A stretch of 63,572 nucleotides of DNA, counting the filler. It is 3 parts of 3 records of this genome, joined end to end, with 100 filler letters (N's around TTAATTAATTAA, not from the genome) between each part and the next. Parts side by side here need not be neighbours in the genome. Positions count along the whole stretch, not along the records: positions 1 to 16,512 come from SRR20825010_1427; positions 16,613 to 35,431 come from SRR20825010_1428; 1 more part is not named here. One strand, given 5' to 3'. Numbering within the stretch: position 1 is the stretch's first letter; the number at the start of each line of letters is the position of its first letter. Both the position numbers and the translations under genes were made by a program. The notes beneath the pieces were generated by a model. It was not told where the DNA came from and did no database searches. It was given only the letters and a program-made list of their open reading frames with translations. Below, piece by piece: positions 8,120 through 18,248 of this stretch.

Positions 8120-9214
8120 ATGAACATCATCGACATTAAAGATTGGGGGCTCGGATTATCAGAGCATGTGCTCATTGCCGGCCCTTGCAGCGCAGAAAGT
8201 CCGCAGCAAATCGAAACCATTGCCAAAGGTTTAAAGGGAAGTCCTGTTGAATTATTTAGGGCAGGCGTATGGAAACCTAGAACAAGGCCGGGCTCTTTTG
8301 AAGGCGTTGGTGCCGAAGCTCTGGAGTGGCTACAAATTGCTAAAGACATTCTGAATGTGCCAGTTACGGTTGAAGTAGCAAAAACAGAACATGTAGAAGC
8401 TGCATTAACAGCTGGAGTTGACGTGCTTTGGATTGGTGCTCGAACCACGGTAAACCCATTTTCGGTACAAGAGATTTGCGAAGCCTTAAGAGGAACCGAC
8501 ATTCCTGTAATGGTAAAAAACCCCATCAACCCAGACCTTCAGCTTTGGCTGGGTGCTTTTGAAAGACTCAATAAAGTGGGCATTAAAAAAGTAGCAGGCA
8601 TTCACCGTGGTTTTTCAGATCCCTATGAAAAAAGATACCGAAACAAACCAGAATGGTCGCTACCTATTCACTTAAAACGAATGATCCCTGGTCTTTCTGT
8701 GATTTGTGATCCAAGCCATATTTGTGGCGCACGCGAAATTATTGGAGCCGTTAGTCAAAGGGCCATTAACTTTGGTTTGGATGGTTTGATGATTGAAACC
8801 CATCACGACCCAGACAATGCTTGGAGTGATGCCAAACAGCAAATCACCCCAGAGATGCTCAAAATAATTTACGACAGCCTGATCTTCAGAGAAAACGTAG
8901 ACGAGCATCCAGAAATGCTGAATGAGCTAGATCAATTCAGACAAAAAATTGATTTACTTGATACGCAACTACTAGAGCTTTTTGCCGAAAGATTCAAAGT
9001 AATAGAGCAAGTAGGGGATTATAAGCGCGAACATAATTTAGCCGTTTACCAGCCTAGCCGTTGGGAAGAAGTGATGGAAAGCAGAATTCAGGACGGCTTG
9101 CGTAAAAATTTGACAGAGAAGTTTATGAAAAGCCTTTTATTTGCCATTCACGAAGAGTCCGTGAAAAAGCAAGAAGCACAACTGAAAGAAACCCGTCCAT
9201 TGACAAACGCATGA
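8120..9214 (+). CDS. aroF: Bifunctional DAHP synthase/chorismate mutase, paralog 2
   Basis: IAGPCSAE, KPRTRPGSFEG and CDPSH motifs; C-terminal AroQ domain. Confidence 0.93.
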   Translation: MNIIDIKDWGLGLSEHVLIAGPCSAESPQQIETIAKGLKGSPVELFRAGVWKPRTRPGSFEGVGAEALEWLQIAKDILNVPVTVEVAKTEHVEAALTAGVDVLWIGARTTVNPFSVQEICEALRGTDIPVMVKNPINPDLQLWLGAFERLNKVGIKKVAGIHRGFSDPYEKRYRNKPEWSLPIHLKRMIPGLSVICDPSHICGAREIIGAVSQRAINFGLDGLMIETHHDPDNAWSDAKQQITPEMLKIIYDSLIFRENVDEHPEMLNELDQFRQKIDLLDTQLLELFAERFKVIEQVGDYKREHNLAVYQPSRWEEVMESRIQDGLRKNLTEKFMKSLLFAIHEESVKKQEAQLKETRPLTNA

Positions 9215-10245
9215 GCCACATTGTAATTGACCACATAGAAACCAGCCTCAAGGCGGTATTAAAGGAAACTGACCTTACACAACTAGCGGTTTTAGTCGAT
9301 GAGAATACGCATGCGCATTGTTATCCTTTGATACAGGCCTTTTTGCCTGAGCATTTGCTCATACAAATCACTTCGGGCGAAGAGAACAAAAATCTTCGCA
9401 CTTGCGAACACATTTGGGAGCAATTCACCACACACAACTTTGACAGAAAAGCATTGCTGATCAATTTGGGTGGTGGCGTCATTGGCGACATGGGTGGTTT
9501 CTGTGCGGTGACTTACAAACGCGGCATTCGATTTATAAATATCCCCACTACCCTTTTGGCGGCTGTAGATGCCAATGTAGGTGGGAAATTGGGAATTGAT
9601 TTTATGGGCTTTAAAAACCACTTGGGCTTCTTCCAAGATCCCGAAAGTGTTTTGATCGACCCCGTATTTCTAAAAACTCTAGCGCCAAGAGAATTGAGGT
9701 CGGGTTTTGCAGAAGTAATTAAGCACGGCCTAATAGCTGATGCCGATTATTTTGGGCAAACTACTGCCCATGGCTTAAATATTGAAAACTGGGAAGCGGT
9801 GATTGCCCATTCGGTGGAAATCAAAAATGAAGTGGTAAAATCCGATCCAAAAGAAGCTGGACTCAGGAAGATTCTAAACTTTGGACATACCATAGGGCAT
9901 GCCATTGAAAGCTTCTATTTAAATACTGACAAGAAGCTTTTACATGGAGAAGCAATTGCGGTTGGAATGATCTGTGAAGCCTACTTGTCAAAAAAACTGT
10001 TGGGTTTTTCCGATGAAAATCTATTGCAAATTTCTAACACCATTCTCGAAATTTATCCTGAAATTAACATCGCTAAAGAGGACTTTTCGGGCATCATGAA
10101 ACTCATGTATCAAGACAAAAAGAACCTTAACAATCTCCTCAACCATTCCCTTCTGATGGATATCGGAAAGGCTACCTACGATATCGCTGTAGACGAAAAA
10201 GATGTCATTGATTCGCTGTTCTATTTCATTAAACTGAAGCAATAA
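9211..10245 (+). CDS. aroB: 3-dehydroquinate synthase
   Basis: GGGVIGD, PTTLLA, LNFGHTIGHAIE and LHGEA motifs. Confidence 0.97.
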   Translation: MSHIVIDHIETSLKAVLKETDLTQLAVLVDENTHAHCYPLIQAFLPEHLLIQITSGEENKNLRTCEHIWEQFTTHNFDRKALLINLGGGVIGDMGGFCAVTYKRGIRFINIPTTLLAAVDANVGGKLGIDFMGFKNHLGFFQDPESVLIDPVFLKTLAPRELRSGFAEVIKHGLIADADYFGQTTAHGLNIENWEAVIAHSVEIKNEVVKSDPKEAGLRKILNFGHTIGHAIESFYLNTDKKLLHGEAIAVGMICEAYLSKKLLGFSDENLLQISNTILEIYPEINIAKEDFSGIMKLMYQDKKNLNNLLNHSLLMDIGKATYDIAVDEKDVIDSLFYFIKLKQ

Positions 10246-10247
10246 CC

Positions 10248-11462
10248 TTGGAGACCATTCACCTTAAACACTCACCCCAACTCAAAGCAGTCGAAATCCC
10301 ATTGCCGGCTTCTAAAAGTGAGAGCAACAGAGCCTTAATCATTAATGCGCTTTCTGGAAATCTTTCTGAAATCAAAAATTTATCAGAAGCCAGAGATACA
10401 CAGACGATGATTCGGTTGTTGGCTAGTAAAGAAGAAACACTCGATGTTTTAGATGCTGGCACCACCATGCGTTTCCTTACTGCCTTTTCCGTTTTGGGAG
10501 AAAGTCCAAGAATACTGACAGGGACACAACGAATGCAGCAGCGTCCGATAAAAATTTTAGCAGATGCACTCAAAAGCATTGGGGCAAAGGTTAAGTTCTT
10601 GGAAAAAGAAGGTTTTCCTCCGCTGAAAGTGAAGCCCTTAAAAGAACAAAAAACGAATCAGATTAAGATGAAGGGTGATGTAAGCAGTCAATTTATATCG
10701 GCTGTATTGATGATTGCCCCTTGTTTACCGCACGGCCTTAACTTAGAATTAAAAGGAAAAATAGGTTCTCGCCCCTACATCCAAATGACCTTGGACATGA
10801 TGAAGCTGTTTGGAATTCACTCCAACTGGACCAACCAAACCATTGAAATTAAGCCTCAGCAATACAAAGATTACCTCTATGTAGTGGAGTCCGATTGGTC
10901 GGGTGCTAGCTACTGGTATAGTTTTGTCGCTTTAGCCGATGAAGCCAAAATCAAATTGAAAGGACTCCGACAAAAGTCGCTGCAAGGCGATATTGCCATT
11001 GTGCACATGATGAACCAACTAGGCGTTATGAGCACTTTTGAAGCCGATGGTGTAGTGCTTCAGAAAATCCCTCATAGCAACGAAGTGAATTTTGACTTTA
11101 GCGATTGCCCAGATTTGGCACAAACCATCGCTGTTGTTTGCGCTGCAAAGAAAATAAAATGTACCATGACCGGTTTAGAAAGCTTAGTCATTAAAGAAAC
11201 CAACAGGGTGAAAGCCCTAAAAAAGGAGCTGAAAAAATTTAAAGTCAAGTTAAAAGAAGTAGCACCAGAGGTATTTGAACTTAGGTCGAAATTCGAATTG
11301 AGTGATACACTCATAGAAATCGAGACCTATGACGACCACAGAATGGCCATGGCTTTCGCTCCGCTGTGTACTTTACAGGACATCATCATCAAAGACCCTG
11401 ATGTGGTCAATAAATCTTACCCTGGTTTTTGGAAGGACATTCAACTGGCAACAGGTCAGTAA
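10248..11462 (+). CDS. aroA: EPSP synthase
   Basis: SKSESNR, AGTTMRF, SSQFISA, KETNR, DDHRMAM and KSYP motifs; TTG start. Confidence 0.97.
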   Translation: METIHLKHSPQLKAVEIPLPASKSESNRALIINALSGNLSEIKNLSEARDTQTMIRLLASKEETLDVLDAGTTMRFLTAFSVLGESPRILTGTQRMQQRPIKILADALKSIGAKVKFLEKEGFPPLKVKPLKEQKTNQIKMKGDVSSQFISAVLMIAPCLPHGLNLELKGKIGSRPYIQMTLDMMKLFGIHSNWTNQTIEIKPQQYKDYLYVVESDWSGASYWYSFVALADEAKIKLKGLRQKSLQGDIAIVHMMNQLGVMSTFEADGVVLQKIPHSNEVNFDFSDCPDLAQTIAVVCAAKKIKCTMTGLESLVIKETNRVKALKKELKKFKVKLKEVAPEVFELRSKFELSDTLIEIETYDDHRMAMAFAPLCTLQDIIIKDPDVVNKSYPGFWKDIQLATGQ

Positions 11463-11543
11463 GAATGTCATTTAAATTACTTTTGATCAATTGAACTAAC
11501 TGGCTTTCAACACGGTTGGTCTTACTATATTTCAGCGGTTACC

Positions 11544-13295
11544 ATGGCAAAGAAGAAAAAACTCGACAATATCACTGTAGGTGAAGTTTTTAAAAGAATC
11601 ATTTGGCCCAAAAGAGGGCTTTTACTTTTTGGACTGGTCTTAATTTTACTTAGAAGTGCTGCCAGTTTGGTGCTTCCGAAAGCAACTCAATACTTGATTG
11701 ATGATGTTGTGGTAAACAAAGACATGGAAATGCTGAAAATGGTTATTCTTGTCACCATAGCGGCCATCATTACCCAAGCCATTACTTCCTTTGCCCTTAC
11801 ACGTATCCTCAGTGTTCAAGCACAAAAACTCATTGCTGAATTACGAGTTCAGGTGCAAAAGAAAATTTTATCCCTTCCTCTTAATTTTTTCGATAGCACA
11901 AAATCAGGTGCCTTGGTTTCAAGGATTATGACCGATGTGGAAGGCGTAAGAAACTTAGTAGGAACTGGTTTTGTACAGCTTATTGGCGGTAGCATTACCG
12001 CTGTTGCCGTACTCGTCATACTCCTTGGCATGAATGCCAAACTCACTGCATTTGTGGTAGTTCCTGTCATCATTTTCGGTTTAGTTGCCATGAAAGCATT
12101 CGCTTATTTAAGACCAATCTTCAGAAAAAGAGGTCAACTCAATGCTGAAGTTACCGGGCGATTAACGGAAACTTTAAGTGGCGTGCGTGTAATCAAAGGC
12201 TTTGGTGCTGAGTTACAAGAAACGGAGAGTTTCGAAACTGGTGTGAAATCATTGTATGAAAATGTAAAACAGACGCTTACAGCAACTGCCGTAGTCACTA
12301 GCTCTGCCACTTTCCTTTTAGCGGGTGTTGCAAGTACAGGTATTCTAGGAATTGGAGGCTACTATATCATTCAAGGCACCATGACCACGGGTGAACTCTT
12401 TGCATTTATTGGCTTACTCGCTTTACTCATTGCCCCAATTGTTCAAATGTCAAATATTGGTAGCCAGATTACAGAAGCATTTGCCGGACTAGATCGTACG
12501 GAAGAGATTATGTTGATGAAAGCGGAAGACGATGACGAAAACCGAACCGTTAAGCTTAAAGAAACAGACGCCAATATCAAATTCGAAAATGTATCATTCG
12601 CTTATGAAGAAGATACAGATGTATTAAAAAACATCAGTTTCGATGCGCCTTCTGGCAGTGTAACCGCCTTGGTGGGGACCTCTGGTTCTGGCAAATCTAC
12701 CATTGCAGGTTTGGCCGCTTCATTCCTTAATCCGCGTGAAGGTAAAATCACCATTGATGGCATCGAACTTTCCACCATTTTACTAAAAAGCTACCGAAGA
12801 AAGTTAGGCGTAGTACTTCAAGATGACTTTCTTTTTGAAGGGACTATCCGCGAAAACATCCTTTTCCCAAGACCCAACTCTTCCGAAGAAGATTTACAGA
12901 ATGCAGTGAAAGCGGCCTATGTAAATGAGTTTACCGATCGATTTGAAAAGGGATTGGAAACCGTAATTGGTGAAAGAGGTGTGAAGCTTTCTGGTGGTCA
13001 ACGACAGAGAATCGCCATTGCTAGGGCAGTTTTGGCCGATCCAAAAATCCTTATTCTTGATGAAGCAACTTCTAACCTCGATACCGAAAGTGAATCATTC
13101 ATTCAAGAAAGTTTATCGAGCTTAATGAAAGGCAGAACTACTTTTGTAATTGCTCACCGCTTAAGTACCATCCGCAAAGCAGACCAAATTCTAGTAATAG
13201 AAAATGGTGAAATTGCCGAAAGAGGCACACACGATGATTTGATTGCGAAAGAAGGAAGATATTTCCAACTGTACACTTACCAGGCAAGAATATAG
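11544..13295 (+). CDS. ABC exporter (fused TMD-NBD, MsbA-like)
   Basis: TM domain, Walker A GTSGSGKS, LSGGQ signature and DEATS. Confidence 0.95.
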   Translation: MAKKKKLDNITVGEVFKRIIWPKRGLLLFGLVLILLRSAASLVLPKATQYLIDDVVVNKDMEMLKMVILVTIAAIITQAITSFALTRILSVQAQKLIAELRVQVQKKILSLPLNFFDSTKSGALVSRIMTDVEGVRNLVGTGFVQLIGGSITAVAVLVILLGMNAKLTAFVVVPVIIFGLVAMKAFAYLRPIFRKRGQLNAEVTGRLTETLSGVRVIKGFGAELQETESFETGVKSLYENVKQTLTATAVVTSSATFLLAGVASTGILGIGGYYIIQGTMTTGELFAFIGLLALLIAPIVQMSNIGSQITEAFAGLDRTEEIMLMKAEDDDENRTVKLKETDANIKFENVSFAYEEDTDVLKNISFDAPSGSVTALVGTSGSGKSTIAGLAASFLNPREGKITIDGIELSTILLKSYRRKLGVVLQDDFLFEGTIRENILFPRPNSSEEDLQNAVKAAYVNEFTDRFEKGLETVIGERGVKLSGGQRQRIAIARAVLADPKILILDEATSNLDTESESFIQESLSSLMKGRTTFVIAHRLSTIRKADQILVIENGEIAERGTHDDLIAKEGRYFQLYTYQARI

Positions 13296-13331
13296 ACTGG
13301 GCTATAAATTACAGTTTAAAGATTAAAGAGA

Positions 13332-13359
13332 TTGAGTTAGTGAATTGCCACTAACTCAA
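13332..13359. terminator. Stem-loop between convergent genes
   Basis: TTGAGTTAGTG...CACTAACTCAA. Confidence 0.55.
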
Positions 13360-13461
13360 AGATTCTTAGTCTTTTTGAAACAATACCCCTTCATTTTTAA
13401 TTAACTCGAAAGTCACAAAATCCTATTAACTCAGTCAATTTCGGAGGTTTAGCTTAAAAGA

Positions 13462-14058
13462 CTAAAACCAAATAACTACTTTTCCTTTTTCAACATCCCA
13501 ATTATTGTTATTCTTTCGCATCCATACTTTCATTATTCTGCCAGATTTTCCATTCTCCATATTGGAAAACCAGAAAAAAGCTTTATCCTCCTTAATTACG
13601 GGTTTTGAAATCTCTATGATACCAGCCTTATCCGGATACCATGTATTGTGAAATCTGTACCAAAAATCTGTACTCTTACCTGTTTTTTGCAGGCTATCTA
13701 ACTTTTCTCGCTTTAGCATTTCAATATTCTCAATACGATTAAATATAAAAGGCTTACCAATATTTTTTTTATTCAGCCTTATAAACTCTTTAGCTAATAT
13801 GTCAATTGAATCTTTATCCGAGTAAGAACCCGAAAAATTACCAAGCGTTTCAACCCATAAATAGTCAGATATCTTATACAAGTCATCTGTCTTAATACTT
13901 TCATAAAGAAATGATTCTATACCCGATATAAGTATCTCTTCTTCTTCTTGAGAAAATGATACAACAGAATTATTTTGTGCTTTCTCTTCTTGGTACTTAT
14001 GATTGCAAGAGCACAGAACAACAATAAAAAAGATCGTCACATTTTCCTTGAGAGTCAT
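13462..14058 (-). CDS. Hypothetical lipoprotein
   Basis: Likely start MTLKENVTIFFIVVLCSC (lipobox) at 14058; C-terminus is paralogous to the neighbouring gene. Confidence 0.65.
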   Translation of the reverse strand: MTLKENVTIFFIVVLCSCNHKYQEEKAQNNSVVSFSQEEEEILISGIESFLYESIKTDDLYKISDYLWVETLGNFSGSYSDKDSIDILAKEFIRLNKKNIGKPFIFNRIENIEMLKREKLDSLQKTGKSTDFWYRFHNTWYPDKAGIIEISKPVIKEDKAFFWFSNMENGKSGRIMKVWMRKNNNNWDVEKGKVVIWF

Positions 14059-14189
14059 TGGTTTTTCAAATAATACAAGAATCTTCTTTTTGAAGAACAT
14101 ACTCATAGACAGTATTTTCGAAAAAAAATCCTCGTTTCTTTGCTGCTAGAGCAACAAAACCTGTGAAAGACACCATTTTCAGTACACTA

Positions 14190-14760
14190 TTATTGAGTTG
14201 ATACCATTTCTTTTTTAGATACAACCCATTCCCCCTTTTCTTTACTAAGCCAAACTTTTAATCGTTCGCCATCACGGCTACCGTAGGAATGTGCGTAACA
14301 AAAGAAAGCTTTGGTTCTATCTTTGGAAATCACGGGACGGGTAACTTCTATATACCCAATTTTTTTCGAATTTTTTGTTAAATAAATCCCAAAAACCACT
14401 ACCTCCCAAAGTAACATTTGCAATCGAGTCTAGCGATGAATTCATTATCATGGTAACCTTACTTATTTCAGGGAGGGTTATTCTTTCACTTATAAATATA
14501 TTATAATCAATAAATTGTGCTTCAATCTCTTGGTCTGGCTTAGGGTCTTCGTTGAAGTACCATTTGGTATCATCAAACTGATCCACAAAATAGAAATCCT
14601 CAATCAACATTCTTTTTCCAGATTTTGACGAAATGGGTAGGGTTTCGGCAATTCCAGATTTTAAAACAACCCACTCCAAGTCAGAAACCCTATAAGGATC
14701 ATTTGAACAGACCAGTAACAGAGGACAAATAATGGAAATACATAAGGCTATACTTTTCAT
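14190..14760 (-). pseudogene. Hypothetical lipoprotein, paralog of 13462-14058, frameshifted in an A7 run
   Basis: ORFs 14317-14760 and 14190-14423 join as FWDLFNKKFEKIGYIEVTRPVIS if one A of the run at 14360-14366 is removed; aligns with FWYRFHNTWYPDKAGIIEISKPVI of the neighbour. Confidence 0.65.
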
Positions 14761-14868
14761 TATTTAGTTCTTTCTTTCAGCTTTATAGACTTCCCACTTT
14801 TACTGTCATTCAATTTCTTCTAGCCAAATCATATCTTAGTATTGTTTACTAAAAATTAATGCTATGCA

Positions 14869-15315
14869 CTAATTTTCATAACCACCTACCCAGTAAACTT
14901 TATATCTACGAATTTTATTCTCTGAAAGAAATTCATAGATATAAATTTGTTCGTATACGTCACTGCGTAACACTTTATCAGACATTTCCCAATCTTTAAA
15001 CATTTGTTCAAGTGAGTAAAAATTAACCTTTAGAACATCTATTGACGTTAAGGTTTCCACACCTTTATCTGAGGGCTCCGTTTTAAATTCTTCCGTAAAA
15101 ATCCTAAAGGTAATTTCTCTATTTCCGATGTCTATTTTTTCGTAATAGTCAATGGAGTCTCCCACAAAACCAGGTGGAGTCTTGGTTTTGTAATTGTGAT
15201 TGATCTTAAAACTTAAATTTATTGCCTTGTTAACTTTCTTAGTCTGCCCAATGGACATAAAGCTTACAAGACAAAACCAAGTTAATAGGCATAACTTCTT
15301 ATTGACATACATCAT
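14869..15315 (-). CDS. Small secreted hypothetical protein
   Basis: Signal peptide-like N-terminus; overlaps the upstream gene stop by 17 nt. Confidence 0.6.
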   Translation of the reverse strand: MMYVNKKLCLLTWFCLVSFMSIGQTKKVNKAINLSFKINHNYKTKTPPGFVGDSIDYYEKIDIGNREITFRIFTEEFKTEPSDKGVETLTSIDVLKVNFYSLEQMFKDWEMSDKVLRSDVYEQIYIYEFLSENKIRRYKVYWVGGYEN

Positions 15316-16512
15316 TGTGGTTTGTTAAAATATAATTATTTATCGTATCAGTTATTCTAATTGTATCTGATGGAAGAAGATTGTACCAAGCCTGAGTCCC
15401 TTTCAAGCCTTCCCAAGCTAGGTCATTATAAAACTGATTATTACTTCCCCCATCAAACTCCATCGTGATATCCGCGATGGTTTTAACGTAGTGAGCAGCC
15501 ATTTGTTCATGTTGCCACCCTTTAGCAAACCTTCTATAATAGTCATAAATCCCAGGATAATCTCCATTAGCCATAAGCTGATTAAGTTCGGTTTGAGTCA
15601 CGCCCTGAATATTTCCTTTTTTGATTAGAGATAAAAGTTTTCGGTACATTTCAGCATGAATTATTTCGTGAGCCATTGTTTTAGCCGATAACAAAGTTGG
15701 CCTAAAATTTAGTCCAGCTTGGGAAGTATTATTATTAAACCCAATCGTTATCACGTAGTCAGGGGTATCTGTATTTCCAACTGGTAGGTATGTTCTTGCT
15801 GCTACACTCGACCCTAAGTCATTCCTTACAACAAACCTCAAATGTGCAACTGGAAAAGCCCCGTCAAATTTTTGAATTGCACTTTTGAAACCTCCACTAA
15901 GGTTCAACAATTTGTTATACACGCATTCTGCTTTAGTATTTATAAAAGTCGGATCCAATATAATTTCTTCTTCCAGTTCTATTTTATACAAACACCCACG
16001 AATCGGATCGCCACAGTCTTCATAAGCTCCACCACCATTCGGAGAAAAAAAAGTACCTTCTCCACCTCCGCCTCCAGTGTCCAAATCAGGATAGTAACTT
16101 GCATGACAAGTAGTCTCATATGTTATATTTGTTAGGTAGGTGTAATCGTACTCGAAATAAAGAATTTGAGTATAGTCTTCATTAAAAACTGGCAAACGTC
16201 TTTCTATATAATGGTAAGTGGCCACTGTCTCACAGTCCTCTACCATCCTGTTTTCAATATTATCATTGCCGAAACTACTGTTCAGAGAAAGGGGAGCCTC
16301 AAGTATTTTACCATTGTCCATCTTTTTGGCATAGACCATTTGGTTGTTATTATTTAACACATTGAGAAGCCCTGAAAAGCTTTCCATTTTTGAAAGGGAA
16401 ACATCCTTGACCGATTTGCCCTCGGACTTCCAGCGGTCCATAAAATACTTGGCCACATAAAAGTCAAATTGACCACCTTCCTTTTTTATGGCAAGCAGCG
16501 ATTGTTTTATAT
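15299..16512 (-). CDS. Large hypothetical protein with Gly-rich linker and C-terminal HExxH metallopeptidase-like domain (5'-truncated)
   Basis: AHEIIHAE and QHEQMA motifs, GGGGG linker; the frame stays open upstream of 16456 to the contig edge. Confidence 0.7.
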
Positions 16513-16612
16513 NNNNNNNNNNNNNNNNNNNNNNNNNNNNNNNNNNNNNNNNNNNNTTAATTAATTAANNNNNNNNNNNNNNNNNNNNNNNNNNNNNNNN
16601 NNNNNNNNNNNN
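16513..16612. other. Artificial contig linker
   Basis: N44-TTAATTAATTAA-N44, with stops in all six frames. Confidence 0.98.
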
Positions 16613-16796
16613 TGGAATAATTTCCATCAAAATCAGTTTGAGATCCAGTTGTGGTTCCTTGTACCAGTACGTTTACACCTGGTAGTGGGGAACCATCCGT
16701 AGCATCGGTAACCGTACCTGTCACCGTTTTGCTTTGCGCCAGTAACGGATAAGCTCCGAACACTAGTACAAAAAATAATAGCAATTTTTTGACCAT
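16613..16796 (-). CDS. susC: N-terminus of a SusC/RagA TonB-dependent receptor (3'-truncated)
   Basis: Signal peptide followed by [37 protein letters not shown]. Confidence 0.85.
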
Positions 16797-16894
16797 AATA
16801 AAATTGTTTGAGTTAATAAATTAGTTGTTTGTTAATATTAAGTTAAGAGTGAAATTAATCTTTTTTTTTAATAAAACAAATAGTTTCAGTGTTA

Positions 16895-16910
16895 ATGTGT
16901 TCGAGCACAT
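16895..16910. promoter_or_regulatory. Putative LacI-family operator upstream of susC
   Basis: ATGTGTTCGAGCACAT, a near-perfect palindrome with central CG, next to a LacI gene. Confidence 0.6.
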
Positions 16911-16971
16911 CAAATAAAACCTTAATTTTTATAAGGTCGAAGTTGGAATGTATTCCTCACAGGCAACCTAA

Positions 16972-18012
16972 TTAAAGGTAATAATGGGCATTTTCTGTGG
17001 TGATAATATCTATAGGAAGAAATTCCTGTGCGGGTAAAGGTTTTCCGAATAGGAAATGTTCGGCCAAATAATTAACACTCAGAAAAGCCTGCCTTTTTGG
17101 TTTTTGGTGTATTAAAAATTTGATATTCCCCTGTTTCAGGTACTTAATATTGGGTTTTAATAAATCGTAACCTATTATAGAACTGTCATCTTTTTTAAGA
17201 TCTTGAAAGGCTTCTACCAACATATATGCCTTTGAATTGGTTACAAAAAAGGCATTGATTTTGGGGTTGTCTTTTATAAATTGAGATACTTCATGTTTAA
17301 AAATGTTTTCTTCCGCGGAATTAAAAGTTTTTGAAACCATAATGTGATCGCCATCCGACTTTTCTGTAAAAAATTCTATAAATCCGTTTTCCTTTGATTG
17401 CATGTGTGGTTCCTTGTTTATATGGATGATGGCTATTTCATCATTCTTTCCAATTATTTTCTCCATTAAACTTGCTGCAACCCTACCACTTTGTTTTAGA
17501 TCCTGACCAATAAAAATTTGTTCTTTAAAGCAATTTATATGGTTGTTGAAGAGAACTACCGGAATTTTGGTCTCGGAACACCTTTTTAAAACCAATTGAG
17601 ATTCATTTTCAAAAATGGGAGCCATTAAAAGAACATCGGGATGTGATTTAATAGCTTCCTGAGAATGTTCTACAAAAGATGATTTATTTCTAGGGTCATA
17701 AAAATACTTCCTGATTATTATACCAAAAGGGGTGAATTGGTCGGAGGCTTCCAAAACTCCTTCATTGGCAGGAATCCAATATGGATCATTATTGGGATCC
17801 GGAAGTAGAACATGTATACTATAGGTTTTGTTTCTCTTGAGATTCCTGGCAATGGGATTGGGTTTGTAGTCTATTTCCTTAAGTACCTTATCAACTTTTT
17901 CAAAAGCATTTTTGGAAACCTTGCCTCGTTTGTGCAATACCCTATCTACTGTTCCCTTGGAAACACCTGCCATTTGGGCAATGTCCTTTATCGTATATTT
18001 CTCCTTAATCAT
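16972..18012 (-). CDS. LacI family transcriptional regulator
   Basis: TIKDIAQMAGVSKGTVDRVL HTH, YKPNPIARNL and a periplasmic-binding-fold sensor domain. Confidence 0.95.
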   Translation of the reverse strand: MIKEKYTIKDIAQMAGVSKGTVDRVLHKRGKVSKNAFEKVDKVLKEIDYKPNPIARNLKRNKTYSIHVLLPDPNNDPYWIPANEGVLEASDQFTPFGIIIRKYFYDPRNKSSFVEHSQEAIKSHPDVLLMAPIFENESQLVLKRCSETKIPVVLFNNHINCFKEQIFIGQDLKQSGRVAASLMEKIIGKNDEIAIIHINKEPHMQSKENGFIEFFTEKSDGDHIMVSKTFNSAEENIFKHEVSQFIKDNPKINAFFVTNSKAYMLVEAFQDLKKDDSSIIGYDLLKPNIKYLKQGNIKFLIHQKPKRQAFLSVNYLAEHFLFGKPLPAQEFLPIDIITTENAHYYL

Positions 18013-18248
18013 GCTAGTAGTTGACCCGAGAACAGGATTTAATTTTTGGCATATAAATAAACTCTTAACAGTTTGCTAACATTAAATATAGAAATATTCC
18101 TTAGAAATTACCTAAAATTTTCGTGCACTTGAATAATATTAGGTATTAACTAACCATCAAACCTACTTATATCCAGGAAAAATGGAAAGGTGCTAGTTTG
18201 TCTTTAGGTATTACTGCAAAACCAAAACAAATGACATAAAGAAAAGTA

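Noticed and set aside
7990-8529. 179-aa minus-strand ORF across the attenuator
   Set aside because: Antisense shadow of the DAHP synthase; a similar shadow occurs in paralog 1 (6417-6752).
16557-16568. TTAATTAATTAA palindrome (also 35476-35487) and the ORF running through the Ns
   Set aside because: Artificial six-frame stop linker, not biological sequence.
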